Origin: Leptospiraceae bacterium
GTDB lineage: Bacteria; Spirochaetota; Leptospiria; Leptospirales; Leptonemataceae
Length of the DNA: 64,000 nucleotides
Assembly (NCBI GenBank): GCA_040217195.1
Contig: JAVJNR010000009.1
Location: 160,001-224,000, forward strand
Reading direction: 5' to 3'
In this document: positions 34,200-43,201 of the stretch, piece after piece
How positions within the stretch are numbered: position 1 is the first letter of the stretch
How the letters are laid out: each line of letters starts with the position of its first letter
Position numbers and translations under genes: made by a program
Notes under the pieces: model-generated
What the model was told of the DNA's origin: nothing
Seen by the model: the letters and a program-made list of their open reading frames with translations, nothing else
The model's database searches: none

Positions 34200-35957
34200 C
34201 TATAGCTTTACTGCCATCAGGGTTGTATCATCGGATGGCTCAACCCCATCCCGGAACGTTGCAACCTCTTCAATTATCCGGCGAGCCACTTCCTGGGGCT
34301 CTTCCTCGCCAATAGTGGGGACCAGAGCAAACAACCTTTCTTCACCGTATAACTCAAAGTCTTTATTATGAGCTTCCGTAATCCCATCCGTGTAAAGAAT
34401 CAACAAATCGCCAGGTTCATAATGAACAATGGTCTCTTTATAATTCGCATTGGGAAATGCGCCCAGAGGCGGACCTCCGGCTGACAGGCTTTCAATATCA
34501 CCTGTAGCTCTACGATACAGAATTTGATGATTATGCCCGGCCGATGCTATGCGAAAACGGGAAAGATCCCGTTCCACCTGTATAAGCATGGCAGTAACAA
34601 AAAGACCCATTCGCGACCCACGAAAAATCTCTTCATTCACCTTTTCCAGGGTGCGCACTGGATGAAGAAATATTGGAATATTGGACGCAAGTAACGTCTT
34701 GGAATACTCCATAAACAGAGCAGCCGGGACTCCTTTTCCTGAGACATCGGCCATTACCAGAGAAAGGATTCGATCTGAATGATAATGAAAATCATAGAAA
34801 TCGCCACCCACATCACGACAGGCCTCGTACCTGGCAGCCATGCGAATGCCGGCAATCTCTCCCGGGATTTCGGGCAAAGAATTCATTTGAATCTGAGCTG
34901 CAGTTTCCAGATCTTTTCTATACTGACGAATTTCGGATTCTCTGCGACGGGCAATAATTCTCAAATAAGCACTGGCAAGTTGTGAGCCTACCGTTGATAG
35001 TACTTTCAGCTCGAACTGGTCAAAAGGCATTCCATTTTTCTTATCAGCCGCATTTAACAGTCCGATTACTCGATCATCCTGCATTATGGGAACCGAGATA
35101 AAAGATCCGGTTTTATACCGGCTGGCATTCTCCGGAGTAAAGCCAAGGTCTTTCTGAACATCACGTACCAGCAATGGCTTGCCGGACCGCAGAACAATAC
35201 CGGCCACTCCCTGGTCCGGTCCAATCCGGATATCATCCTCTGCAACATCAAAGCCTCGAGTCCGAGTAATGCGATAGCCTCCCTCTTCGGACTGATCTTC
35301 CATCATAAGAGACAACCTTTCCAATTCAAGGACCCTTTCGATGGCACCCAGAATCGAGTTCAGAAGCTCATCAATGGTATCATGCTGCTGAATCGTTCGA
35401 GAAATCTCATAAATACAGTTAAGCTCTTCTACCCGACCCTGCAGGTCCTGGTAGAGTTTTCGGTTATGTATAGCAATTCCTGCCATTCCAGAAAGGAATG
35501 TCAGAAGCCGCACATCCTTGGAGTCAAAGTCCCGGCCATCCAGAGTATTCACACTTTCCAGAACTCCGATCAATCGGTCCCGGGCAAGCATTGGAACTGC
35601 AATTAGATTTCGGGTTACAAAGCCGGTAGCTTCATCCACTGATTTTAAAACCCTGGCATCGTTCTGGGCATCTTCTACAATAATGGGTCTGCGATTTTCA
35701 GCGCATTGACCGGCAATGCCCAGGCCTTTGGGGATACGCCGGGCCGCCAGTAGCTGGCTTCGATCACCCCGGGCAATATCAAAAATCAAATCCCCGGAAT
35801 CTTCATCGTAGAGAAGCAGGGATGCGCCTTCGGTATGAAGCAACTCCCTGGCAGCATCCATAATCACAGTCAATAGACTGTGCAGATCCTGCTCGGAATT
35901 GATTCTGGTTGTAATATCGCTGATTTTAGCCAGCGTTAGCACATTGTCCCTGCTCAT
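34200..35957 (-). CDS. GAF-GAF-PP2C (SpoIIE/RsbU-like) phosphatase
   Basis: Two GAF domains; VGGDFYD, ADVSGKG, YTDGITE, DDTT. Confidence 0.93.
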   Translation of the reverse strand: MSRDNVLTLAKISDITTRINSEQDLHSLLTVIMDAARELLHTEGASLLLYDEDSGDLIFDIARGDRSQLLAARRIPKGLGIAGQCAENRRPIIVEDAQNDARVLKSVDEATGFVTRNLIAVPMLARDRLIGVLESVNTLDGRDFDSKDVRLLTFLSGMAGIAIHNRKLYQDLQGRVEELNCIYEISRTIQQHDTIDELLNSILGAIERVLELERLSLMMEDQSEEGGYRITRTRGFDVAEDDIRIGPDQGVAGIVLRSGKPLLVRDVQKDLGFTPENASRYKTGSFISVPIMQDDRVIGLLNAADKKNGMPFDQFELKVLSTVGSQLASAYLRIIARRRESEIRQYRKDLETAAQIQMNSLPEIPGEIAGIRMAARYEACRDVGGDFYDFHYHSDRILSLVMADVSGKGVPAALFMEYSKTLLASNIPIFLHPVRTLEKVNEEIFRGSRMGLFVTAMLIQVERDLSRFRIASAGHNHQILYRRATGDIESLSAGGPPLGAFPNANYKETIVHYEPGDLLILYTDGITEAHNKDFELYGEERLFALVPTIGEEEPQEVARRIIEEVATFRDGVEPSDDTTLMAVKL

Positions 35958-35976
35958 ATCCCCCGCTTGGCCAGGC

Positions 35977-36852
35977 TTAATTAATGGCCTTCAAAATTGT
36001 TGAAGTTGCCTGGCTCTGATTCAATGTATAAAAGTGAATACCAGGCGCCCCACCCTTCAGCAGATCTCTACACTGCCGAATGGAAAAGCCCAGGCTCACT
36101 TCTAGAAGCCTGCCCCGATCCTCACCACATGCTTTAATATCTTCGATCAACTCATTGGGTATCTCACATCCAGCCATTTCAGTAAACTTCTGAATCTGGT
36201 TGAATGAAGTAATGGGCATGATCCCGGGAATGATGGGCACGGTAATTCCGACTTCCCGGCACTGTTTCACATAGCGAAAATAGTGATCATTCCTGAAAAA
36301 AAGCTGTGTCACTATAAATTCGGCACCGGAGTCCACTTTCTTCTTTAGATTTTGCAAATCCTGATCGGCGGAGGGAGCTTCCTGATGGGTCTCAGGATAT
36401 CCTCCTCCACCAAGACTGAAGTCCATTCCAGTGGATTTGATAAATTTAATGAGCTCGCTACCATAGGCAAATCCATCTTCCGGCGGAGTAAAGTTCTTCT
36501 CACCTTTTGGAGGATCCCCTCGCAGAGCCATAATGTTTCGAATACCATCCGAATACAGATCTTTGAGATTGGACAGAATCTCATCTCGACCATGTCCAAC
36601 GCAGGTATAATGGGCCATGGCCGTAATATCATGTTTATCCTGGATATCCTTTACCCACTGACGGGTTTTTTCCCGGGTGGAGCCACCTGCTCCATAGGTA
36701 ACGGAAACAAAATCCGGATCAAGAGACTTCAGTCGCTGGATTGTATTCATCAGCGTCTGCTCACCCTCCGGCTTCTTGGGAGGGAAGAATTCAAACGAGA
36801 AAACAGGTCTCTTTCCGGCTTCTTCTTTGAGAATTTCTGCAATTTTCTTCAT
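35977..36852 (-). CDS. metF: Methylenetetrahydrofolate reductase
   Basis: SFEFFPPK, SVTYGAGG, ALRGDPP, TQLFF, HFYTLN. Confidence 0.97.
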   Translation of the reverse strand: MKKIAEILKEEAGKRPVFSFEFFPPKKPEGEQTLMNTIQRLKSLDPDFVSVTYGAGGSTREKTRQWVKDIQDKHDITAMAHYTCVGHGRDEILSNLKDLYSDGIRNIMALRGDPPKGEKNFTPPEDGFAYGSELIKFIKSTGMDFSLGGGGYPETHQEAPSADQDLQNLKKKVDSGAEFIVTQLFFRNDHYFRYVKQCREVGITVPIIPGIMPITSFNQIQKFTEMAGCEIPNELIEDIKACGEDRGRLLEVSLGFSIRQCRDLLKGGAPGIHFYTLNQSQATSTILKAIN

Positions 36853-36918
36853 TGAACTACCGATATTGCATTCAGGCCGGGTAATTCAAGGAAAAGAAAG
36901 CCCGCAATCCAGGACACA

Positions 36919-38007
36919 ATGTCATTTCGCAGCCGCGGCACAGCCTTCCTCTCCCATCCAGTGTATAACCTGTTCTCGGTGGCACTGACTTTTACCGGTA
37001 TTCTTCTATTATTAGGTACTGCCGTTGCAGACTTGAAATTAAGCACGGCCCAGTTGCTCAAGCATGCAGATATGCTCCTTTTGAGCCTCTTCTTTCTGGA
37101 AACACTGCTACGGATTATCTTTCAAAGAGGTCATTATGCACGCAGTTCCTTTGTGCTCGATGCCTGGGCCTTGCTTCCGCTTCCAATTGTATTTGGACTA
37201 AACATAGCCGCAGATGGGCCTGCAGACTATCCGCCAGGGTTATTATTACTGGAAGGTGGCCGGTTTTTGCGACTTGTGCCTGCTCTAAAATATTTCAGGC
37301 AGCAAAAGCAGGCTGGACTGAGGCCGGATTCATCGAGCACTCTGGACGGTCTGTCCCTGCGAACATCGCTGGTTGCATTTTTATTCCTATTTCTTGGAGG
37401 CCTGGCAACCAGTCATCTACACTCCAGGATGATTGAAAGCGAAACCAAGGTTAGAACGGAAACAGTTAAGAAATATGCCCAGGCCGAAGGCATTCAAAGG
37501 CTGCCATTTCTGATCCCGGAATGGATTATAGGCGTAGAAAAAGCAGGCTCAGACGGTGGTTTTGAAATCTATAATGTGCCCAAAGAGAAAATCAGCGAAG
37601 GCGATGAAGTAACCTATCGGTATGAGCGAGACTTCCTCTATTTACCCGGTCCAAATCCAGGAGAAGGCATCTATCTCAATTTGAAAGATCTACACAGAAG
37701 ACAGAAACTTCTGGAACTAATGATTCTAATTACCGGATTTGTCATGATTTCCGCTCTATTACTCACCAATAATACCTTCCTTATCCGAAAAGTCATTCGA
37801 CCGGTGGACCATGCAAGACGCGTGGCCCAGCTACGAATGGCAGGTGAGGAAATTCAGGATGAGCAGAAGGTTCCGGAAAACGAAGTGGGCCAGTACATAC
37901 TGGCTGCAAACGAACTCTACCAGGAACTTAGAGCACCGGCCATCAAACAAGATTCCACTGACAGCCGATCCGGCTGCCGGCTCCAGAAGCTATCGAATGG
38001 AGATTAG
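36919..38007 (+). CDS. Membrane protein with ion-transport (voltage-sensor-like) N-terminus and HAMP-like C-terminus
   Basis: FFLETLLRI, LDAWALLP, GRFLRLVPALKYFR; further TMs; VIRPV...NEVG HAMP pattern. Confidence 0.55.
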   Translation: MSFRSRGTAFLSHPVYNLFSVALTFTGILLLLGTAVADLKLSTAQLLKHADMLLLSLFFLETLLRIIFQRGHYARSSFVLDAWALLPLPIVFGLNIAADGPADYPPGLLLLEGGRFLRLVPALKYFRQQKQAGLRPDSSSTLDGLSLRTSLVAFLFLFLGGLATSHLHSRMIESETKVRTETVKKYAQAEGIQRLPFLIPEWIIGVEKAGSDGGFEIYNVPKEKISEGDEVTYRYERDFLYLPGPNPGEGIYLNLKDLHRRQKLLELMILITGFVMISALLLTNNTFLIRKVIRPVDHARRVAQLRMAGEEIQDEQKVPENEVGQYILAANELYQELRAPAIKQDSTDSRSGCRLQKLSNGD

Positions 38008-40521
38008 AGCCGGCACAATACCATCGCCCTTTTCATGGAACCCCAGAGATTTGGCAACAACGGATAATGCTGCATCGTTATCAGAGGCCTTCTCACAGCA
38101 ACCTGGCTGGTAGGATGAAATGAGAGAATCCCCGGGAACGATCTTGCCTGCCTCGGCCGAAACCCGGACCGAAGCTATGCCAAAAAAGGCTACCAGCTCC
38201 ATCCCTTCCGGTTTCTGTAAGCCGCTTCGATTATGAACCTCCGGAAGGTAATCCACCGGCGGGTTCAATATCATCGCAGCTTTTTCCACAATAACTCCAA
38301 TCACTCGACGACTGGCTTTCTGCGAACATCGAGCCAGAACCCCAGACTCATCTGTGGCAACCAGGACATCACCAATCCCCAGAACTTCATTCTGTCGAAC
38401 TGGCATGAAAGCAGCCACCGGAGCCTGCAGGCTTTCTCCGCTTTTGCCGGCAAAGATGGTGCCAGAGAATCGACTGAGCCCCTTAACCCATAAACCCAGG
38501 TCAGAAACCGGAAATCCCCGGTCATCATGTCCGCCGGCTATCAAAGAATAAAAACTTTCGGAAAGGAAGCGTCCGCCAGGACCGGAACCGGCTGCACCCC
38601 GGACCCCCTCCCCTTTTCTGGACAGACCCAGAAGGCCGGACTGTTCCCCATAGCCAAGCACGCCGTCACCCTCGGAACGGCCGGTAACACCGGATCCATC
38701 GCTCTTATTGACACCCTGCACTGGAGCATGCTCAACCGGAGGAGGCGAAACACTGTCATAGGATTTACCCATGGTGGACTCGATGCGAATCGTACCCGTA
38801 TGGCTGGAAAAATCATGCTCTCTGGCGGCATAATCATGCTCATGCTCCAGGGGCTTGCGCGAATCACTGAGTCGGGGATCCGTGGACTGAACCACATGAC
38901 CGGAAAGCACAGCTCCTTCCGGGGCCAGCTTTACAATTCCAGAATGATCCGATGTAGCCTGCTTGAGTCGTGCGTCCGACCCCTGCACCGCCACACCTTT
39001 CCTGGCCTCTCCATCGGATGCAAGTTCCACAATACCTGGAGTCTCTTCAGATGCCAGACGTAGCCTGGGATCACTTCCCTGAACCGCTGTTTCAGCCTCT
39101 GCTTCCCCGGCACGGGCAAATCGCATAATCCCCCTGGTTTCCGTTGTTGCATCCCGAAGCCGCGGATCGTTTCCCTGCACAGCTTCCGATGGCCGGTTCC
39201 CTCCTCCGGGAGAAAGACGCACGATACCGGAGGCCTTTTCCGAAGCATATTTTAGCCTGGAGTCATTACCCTGAACCACAACATTGGCTCTGTCTTCGCC
39301 ATCCTCGGCCAGCTCCACCAGACCAGGTCTTTCATCGGTGGCCGGTTTCAGACGATCATCATCGGCCTGAACTGCATGCAGGCCGCGTTCCTCTCCATTT
39401 CTGGCCAGTCGAACAATACCGGCCAGGTCCTCACTGGCAGGACGGAGCCTTCGGTCACTGCCCTGAACGGCAACCCCTTCACGATCCTCCCCATCAGATG
39501 CAAGCTCTACAATACCTTTGAAGTCTGTGGTAGCATCTCGCAACCTTCGATCACTACCCTGAATGACCACACCATCTCTGGCTTCTCCATCCAGCGCCAG
39601 CCGGACTATTCCGGACCTTAAAACGGAAGCATGCGGTATGGGCTCGGCGGGCAGAGTTCGATCCTGTTTCTCTACCGGGTCGGCGGAGGCAAATAGCTCC
39701 AGTTCGATGATCTGGGAAAGGAACTTCCCTTCTCTGGTTCGGGCACTTTCAAAGATTGTTATTTGAATGTAGCGTATATTTAAAGGAAGGAAACGCCATC
39801 TGTACCATTGCCCTGGCTCCGCAAGAAAGCCACTTTCTTCCATTAAGTGGTGCCAGGAAATATTGTCCTCACTATAGGAGATGTGGAACCCCTCGGGAAA
39901 AAGAGGATCCTCCCCGTCACGAGACAGAAGGCGAATTTCGCTTACCCGGTTTACGGAGCCCAGGTCCAGACGAATAAACTCATCCTCCTGACGGCTTCTC
40001 AGGGGACTTGACCAGCCATAATCAGTTCTCTGATCGATCAGGTTATCTTTTACCCACAGCCGGTCCAGCTCTCCAGACACCTGTACATCCACAATGCCGG
40101 AAACCATCACCCGGAAACTGCCGAAGGCTGAGATGTAGCCTTCTTCAGACTTCTTGTCTCGAATAAACAGAAACTTAATATAACGAGCTGTAATAAGAGG
40201 AAAGTTCCAGGTCATTACCTCCTTTCCTTCATGCCGAAAATCGGATTCTCTCAGAATAGGCTCCCAGACCTGACCGTCCTGAGAGATTTCGAACCTGAAA
40301 TTATCAGGAAATGCATTCTTATAATCCGGATGTTTCTCCAGCACGATTTGATTAAAGAAGATATCGTCGGTGAAGCTACCCATACAGGCCACGAGTCCGG
40401 GGATCTCGGATGCTTCGCTTACCCAGGATTTAACCCGACCCTCTTCAATCTCGCCGGTGCCTGGACCGGAGAAATCCTGGAACGGATAAATCTGCGGATG
40501 AGAAATTCGAATAGGTTTCAT
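37990..40521 (-). CDS. Discoidin (F5/8 type C) domain protein with eight ~32-aa phage tail-fibre-like repeats
   Basis: Two discoidin-like domains (FEISQDGQVW, IRLDLGS...YSEDNISW); repeats A(S/T)xxxxGIVxLAxxGE...VQGxDxRL; 4-bp overlap with rep stop. Confidence 0.8.
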   Translation of the reverse strand: MKPIRISHPQIYPFQDFSGPGTGEIEEGRVKSWVSEASEIPGLVACMGSFTDDIFFNQIVLEKHPDYKNAFPDNFRFEISQDGQVWEPILRESDFRHEGKEVMTWNFPLITARYIKFLFIRDKKSEEGYISAFGSFRVMVSGIVDVQVSGELDRLWVKDNLIDQRTDYGWSSPLRSRQEDEFIRLDLGSVNRVSEIRLLSRDGEDPLFPEGFHISYSEDNISWHHLMEESGFLAEPGQWYRWRFLPLNIRYIQITIFESARTREGKFLSQIIELELFASADPVEKQDRTLPAEPIPHASVLRSGIVRLALDGEARDGVVIQGSDRRLRDATTDFKGIVELASDGEDREGVAVQGSDRRLRPASEDLAGIVRLARNGEERGLHAVQADDDRLKPATDERPGLVELAEDGEDRANVVVQGNDSRLKYASEKASGIVRLSPGGGNRPSEAVQGNDPRLRDATTETRGIMRFARAGEAEAETAVQGSDPRLRLASEETPGIVELASDGEARKGVAVQGSDARLKQATSDHSGIVKLAPEGAVLSGHVVQSTDPRLSDSRKPLEHEHDYAAREHDFSSHTGTIRIESTMGKSYDSVSPPPVEHAPVQGVNKSDGSGVTGRSEGDGVLGYGEQSGLLGLSRKGEGVRGAAGSGPGGRFLSESFYSLIAGGHDDRGFPVSDLGLWVKGLSRFSGTIFAGKSGESLQAPVAAFMPVRQNEVLGIGDVLVATDESGVLARCSQKASRRVIGVIVEKAAMILNPPVDYLPEVHNRSGLQKPEGMELVAFFGIASVRVSAEAGKIVPGDSLISSYQPGCCEKASDNDAALSVVAKSLGFHEKGDGIVPALISIR

Positions 40522-41315
40522 ATCAGTTGATTCCAGTGTCTGTGGCGCTCCGTAGTAACGCCAGGTCTCTGTTCAGGTTCAAATAGAATTTGGTCGCATA
40601 TCTGCAATAGAATCGTCTTCAGGTACTCGGGAACTTCATCGCTAAGGCGAATCCAACCATTCTGCTCTCCCAGAAAGCATCCCTGCAACAATCCAAGGCT
40701 GCCGTCGGACATCTTCCCCCGGAGCTCATCCAGAACCTGATTCCAGGCCATTGGCCCAGTCCCTTGTTCGCGGGACAGGATTTTTTGAACATTCTCATTG
40801 GTGGGCGGGATTCCAGCCATCAAGCATTCGTTTCTGGCCTTGTCCCACTCCCCGGGTCTAGGTACTGGCTCTGATTGATTTTGTATGGATATATGGATCT
40901 GGTTGTACGCACCCTGCTCGGCTGCGCCTCTGAGAGTGCCCGGGTCGACGGGCTGAGGGGTCCTCTCGGCTTCCCGAGGGAGTTGTCTGTTCGCACCTCT
41001 CGGGGGTGCTCCATCGCCCTGCAGAGAGTCGAAAATGAAGTGGTATGTACTGTTTGTTCGGCCAGAACCCGTTCTGACTATGATCAGTCCGGCCTCCTGA
41101 AGCTCTTCTCGGGCTCTTCTAAGACTGGATTTCTGCTTAAAGCCAGTCAGTTCTAGTAGTCGGTTGGAGCCCGGAAAAACAGGCGAAAAATGCCGGTCCG
41201 AAAAACTTAAAAGGACCGGGTACAACGCTCTTGCGGCCGGGGATAGCCCGGCCCAGAGTCCAGATCGTATAATATCTGAAACAAACTTAAAATATTGCAG
41301 CTCATCTGCTGACAT
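40518..41315 (-). CDS. Winged-HTH replication initiator (Rep) candidate
   Basis: LSPAARALYPVL...FPGSNRLLELTG...SLRRAREELQEAGLI, an HTH_36-like fold typical of phage/plasmid initiators; downstream of parAB. Confidence 0.7.
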   Translation of the reverse strand: MSADELQYFKFVSDIIRSGLWAGLSPAARALYPVLLSFSDRHFSPVFPGSNRLLELTGFKQKSSLRRAREELQEAGLIIVRTGSGRTNSTYHFIFDSLQGDGAPPRGANRQLPREAERTPQPVDPGTLRGAAEQGAYNQIHISIQNQSEPVPRPGEWDKARNECLMAGIPPTNENVQKILSREQGTGPMAWNQVLDELRGKMSDGSLGLLQGCFLGEQNGWIRLSDEVPEYLKTILLQICDQILFEPEQRPGVTTERHRHWNQLI

Positions 41316-41357
41316 CTCGCCACCTCATCTGCTTGATGAGAGGCTCCCAAAAAAAGG

Positions 41358-41385
41358 TTGACATGCTCTATAATCAGGTCATTAT
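41358..41385 (+). promoter_or_regulatory. Antisense sigma70 promoter in rep leader
   Basis: TTGACA(41358-63)-N16-CATTAT(41380-85). Confidence 0.55.
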
Positions 41386-41390
41386 GTCGC

Positions 41391-41449
41391 CAACCATTCA
41401 TTCCCAATGGAAGCCCCAGCCCCTCAGATTCCTGAGGGGTATTTTTTTT
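41391..41449 (+). ncRNA. Putative counter-transcribed (antisense) RNA of rep, ~59 nt
   Basis: Own promoter; small stem ccatt/aatgg; terminator cccctcag-attc-ctgagggg followed by T8, oriented opposite to parB and rep. Confidence 0.6.
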
Positions 41450-41482
41450 GCGCTTTTATATTTTTATGAGACGCGCGACTGG

Positions 41483-41510
41483 ATTATGTCGCATAACCTA
41501 CATCTGTCAA
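41483..41510 (-). promoter_or_regulatory. Sigma70 promoter for rep
   Basis: Minus strand TTGACA(41510-05)-N16-CATAAT(41488-83), overlapped by TTATGTCGCATAA. Confidence 0.6.
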
Positions 41511-41527
41511 GTACTTTAAAGTACGTA

Positions 41528-42379
41528 TCAATTCGGGGTGTGCTGGATATTCTTCTTTAGCCAGTTCTCCAGGCTGCGTGCAGAGCGCGCATCCCCGGCA
41601 TCGATTGTGATGACGCTGCCCTTGCGGGTTATGGTTCGCTCACTGGTGCTGGCTGGTTTTTGCGGTGAAACGTGGCTGGATTTCTTGCTTTCGCTGGAGG
41701 GTTGAGTCTCCGAGTCGGCTTCTTTCTGTTCATCGGAAAAGAACTCTCTTGCGGAGCGGACTGTGCGGATAGACCCGGTTTCGTAGGCCGATAGAAACTC
41801 ATTGAATCGATTCTTTCTGTGGGCCTGGACGGCCTGGATGAGGAGGTTCTTATTTTCCAGCCCCGCTTCTCTGCAGCGACGAGCCGCATCCGCTGGAAGG
41901 CCCGCGATTCCCAGGATCTCTGTAATGTAATTTCTTGATTTCCCTACAAGCTGAGCCAGTTCGGCATCGGAGTAGCTTTCCTGTTGCTTCAACCTGAGGA
42001 GCGCTTCCGCCTCTTCTTGAGCGGAAAGATTTTCTCGCTGAAGGTTCTCAATAATAGCAATTCGGTAATAATCCCGCTCTTCCCGGGAAATAATTCTGCA
42101 TTCTGCTTCTTTCCAGCCCAGTCGGTTCAGGGCATGAAATCGGCGTTCTCCGGCAATGATTCGGTACCCCTCCCCTGCTCTGGTTACAACAATGGGAGAC
42201 AGGAGGCCGTCTTTCTTGATGCTTTCTGCCAGCTCGTCGACCCCAAGGGTTCGGTCCTTACGGGGCTGCTCCTCGGAAGGATGGATGCGGTCCAGTCGGA
42301 TCCGGGTTATGGTGCCATCCAGGGACTCGGCCTGAAAAATATCGGCCAGGGTACCCAGCTTTTTATGTTTCGAGCTCAC
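41528..42379 (-). CDS. parB: ParB/Spo0J partition protein
   Basis: QPRK, LAESIKKDGLLSPI, IAGERRFHA, IENLQRENL, HTH; probable GTG start at 42379. Confidence 0.95.
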   Translation of the reverse strand: MSSKHKKLGTLADIFQAESLDGTITRIRLDRIHPSEEQPRKDRTLGVDELAESIKKDGLLSPIVVTRAGEGYRIIAGERRFHALNRLGWKEAECRIISREERDYYRIAIIENLQRENLSAQEEAEALLRLKQQESYSDAELAQLVGKSRNYITEILGIAGLPADAARRCREAGLENKNLLIQAVQAHRKNRFNEFLSAYETGSIRTVRSAREFFSDEQKEADSETQPSSESKKSSHVSPQKPASTSERTITRKGSVITIDAGDARSARSLENWLKKNIQHTPN

Positions 42380-43118
42380 GTAGAAGTTCCTCCAGGAAGT
42401 CCGAGTATTCTTTAGCCTGCTTGGATTCTGGAGCATAGTCAAAAATGCTCTTTCTTGCCAGGTGACTTTCTCCAATGGCAACGCCGGCGCTGATGTTGGA
42501 TTCGAATACATGAAAGAACTGGGATACCACTGGAAGGATGGTTTTGGTCAGCACGGTCTTGGCCTTGATCTGGGTTACTACGGCGCCGGCCACTTGCAAC
42601 TCCGGGTTGATTCGGCGCTTGATGCTGTTGATTGTCGTTTGAAGGCCGGTCATTCCATCAATGGAGAATTTCTCGGCCTGGGCCGGAACCACAACGTGAG
42701 TGGCGGCCACCAGGGCATTTACCGTGAAGATCGAAAGGCTTGGCGGACAATCGATGATAATGAATTCATAGTCTCCTACAGATTGCAGCGCATCCCGCAG
42801 GATGTACGGTGCATCCACGTTCTGGCCCATGGACTCAACCTCGGCCAGAGTGATTTTGGATGGAGCGAGCCAGAGATTTGGCTCGCCAGTTTCAATCACT
42901 GCATCCTTCAGTGCCCGGCCCTGGCTGAAAACATTGTACAGGGTCACATCCAGGCTGTCCGGATTTGCGAATAATCCGGTAGTGTTGGCCTGCGGATCCA
43001 TATCCACCAGCAACGTTTTCTTTTCTTTCTTTGCGAGCCCAAAGGCCAGGTTAATGGCGGTGGTGGTTTTGCCTTCTCCGCCTTTCTGGTTTGTGATCGC
43101 TATGATTCTGGTTTTCAC
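42363..43118 (-). CDS. parA: ParA/Soj ATPase
   Basis: NQKGGEGKTTT, DMDPQAN, IIDCPPSL; probable GTG start at 43118. Confidence 0.96.
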   Translation of the reverse strand: MKTRIIAITNQKGGEGKTTTAINLAFGLAKKEKKTLLVDMDPQANTTGLFANPDSLDVTLYNVFSQGRALKDAVIETGEPNLWLAPSKITLAEVESMGQNVDAPYILRDALQSVGDYEFIIIDCPPSLSIFTVNALVAATHVVVPAQAEKFSIDGMTGLQTTINSIKRRINPELQVAGAVVTQIKAKTVLTKTILPVVSQFFHVFESNISAGVAIGESHLARKSIFDYAPESKQAKEYSDFLEELLRELET

Positions 43119-43201
43119 AATTAATGCGACATAATAATAAGGAAGCATTTTTTCAAGAAACTTTTAATTGCGGATGAAAAAATCGCAAAACTCGGCTGAG
43201 T

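Noticed and set aside
41369..41374. Perfect TATAAT in the rep leader
   Set aside because: Only 5 bp from TTGACA, so not its -10; CATTAT at 16-bp spacing was used instead
37990..43148. Intact prophage
   Set aside because: Only a fibre-like gene and rep/par; no capsid, terminase, integrase or lysis genes, and the flanks are housekeeping
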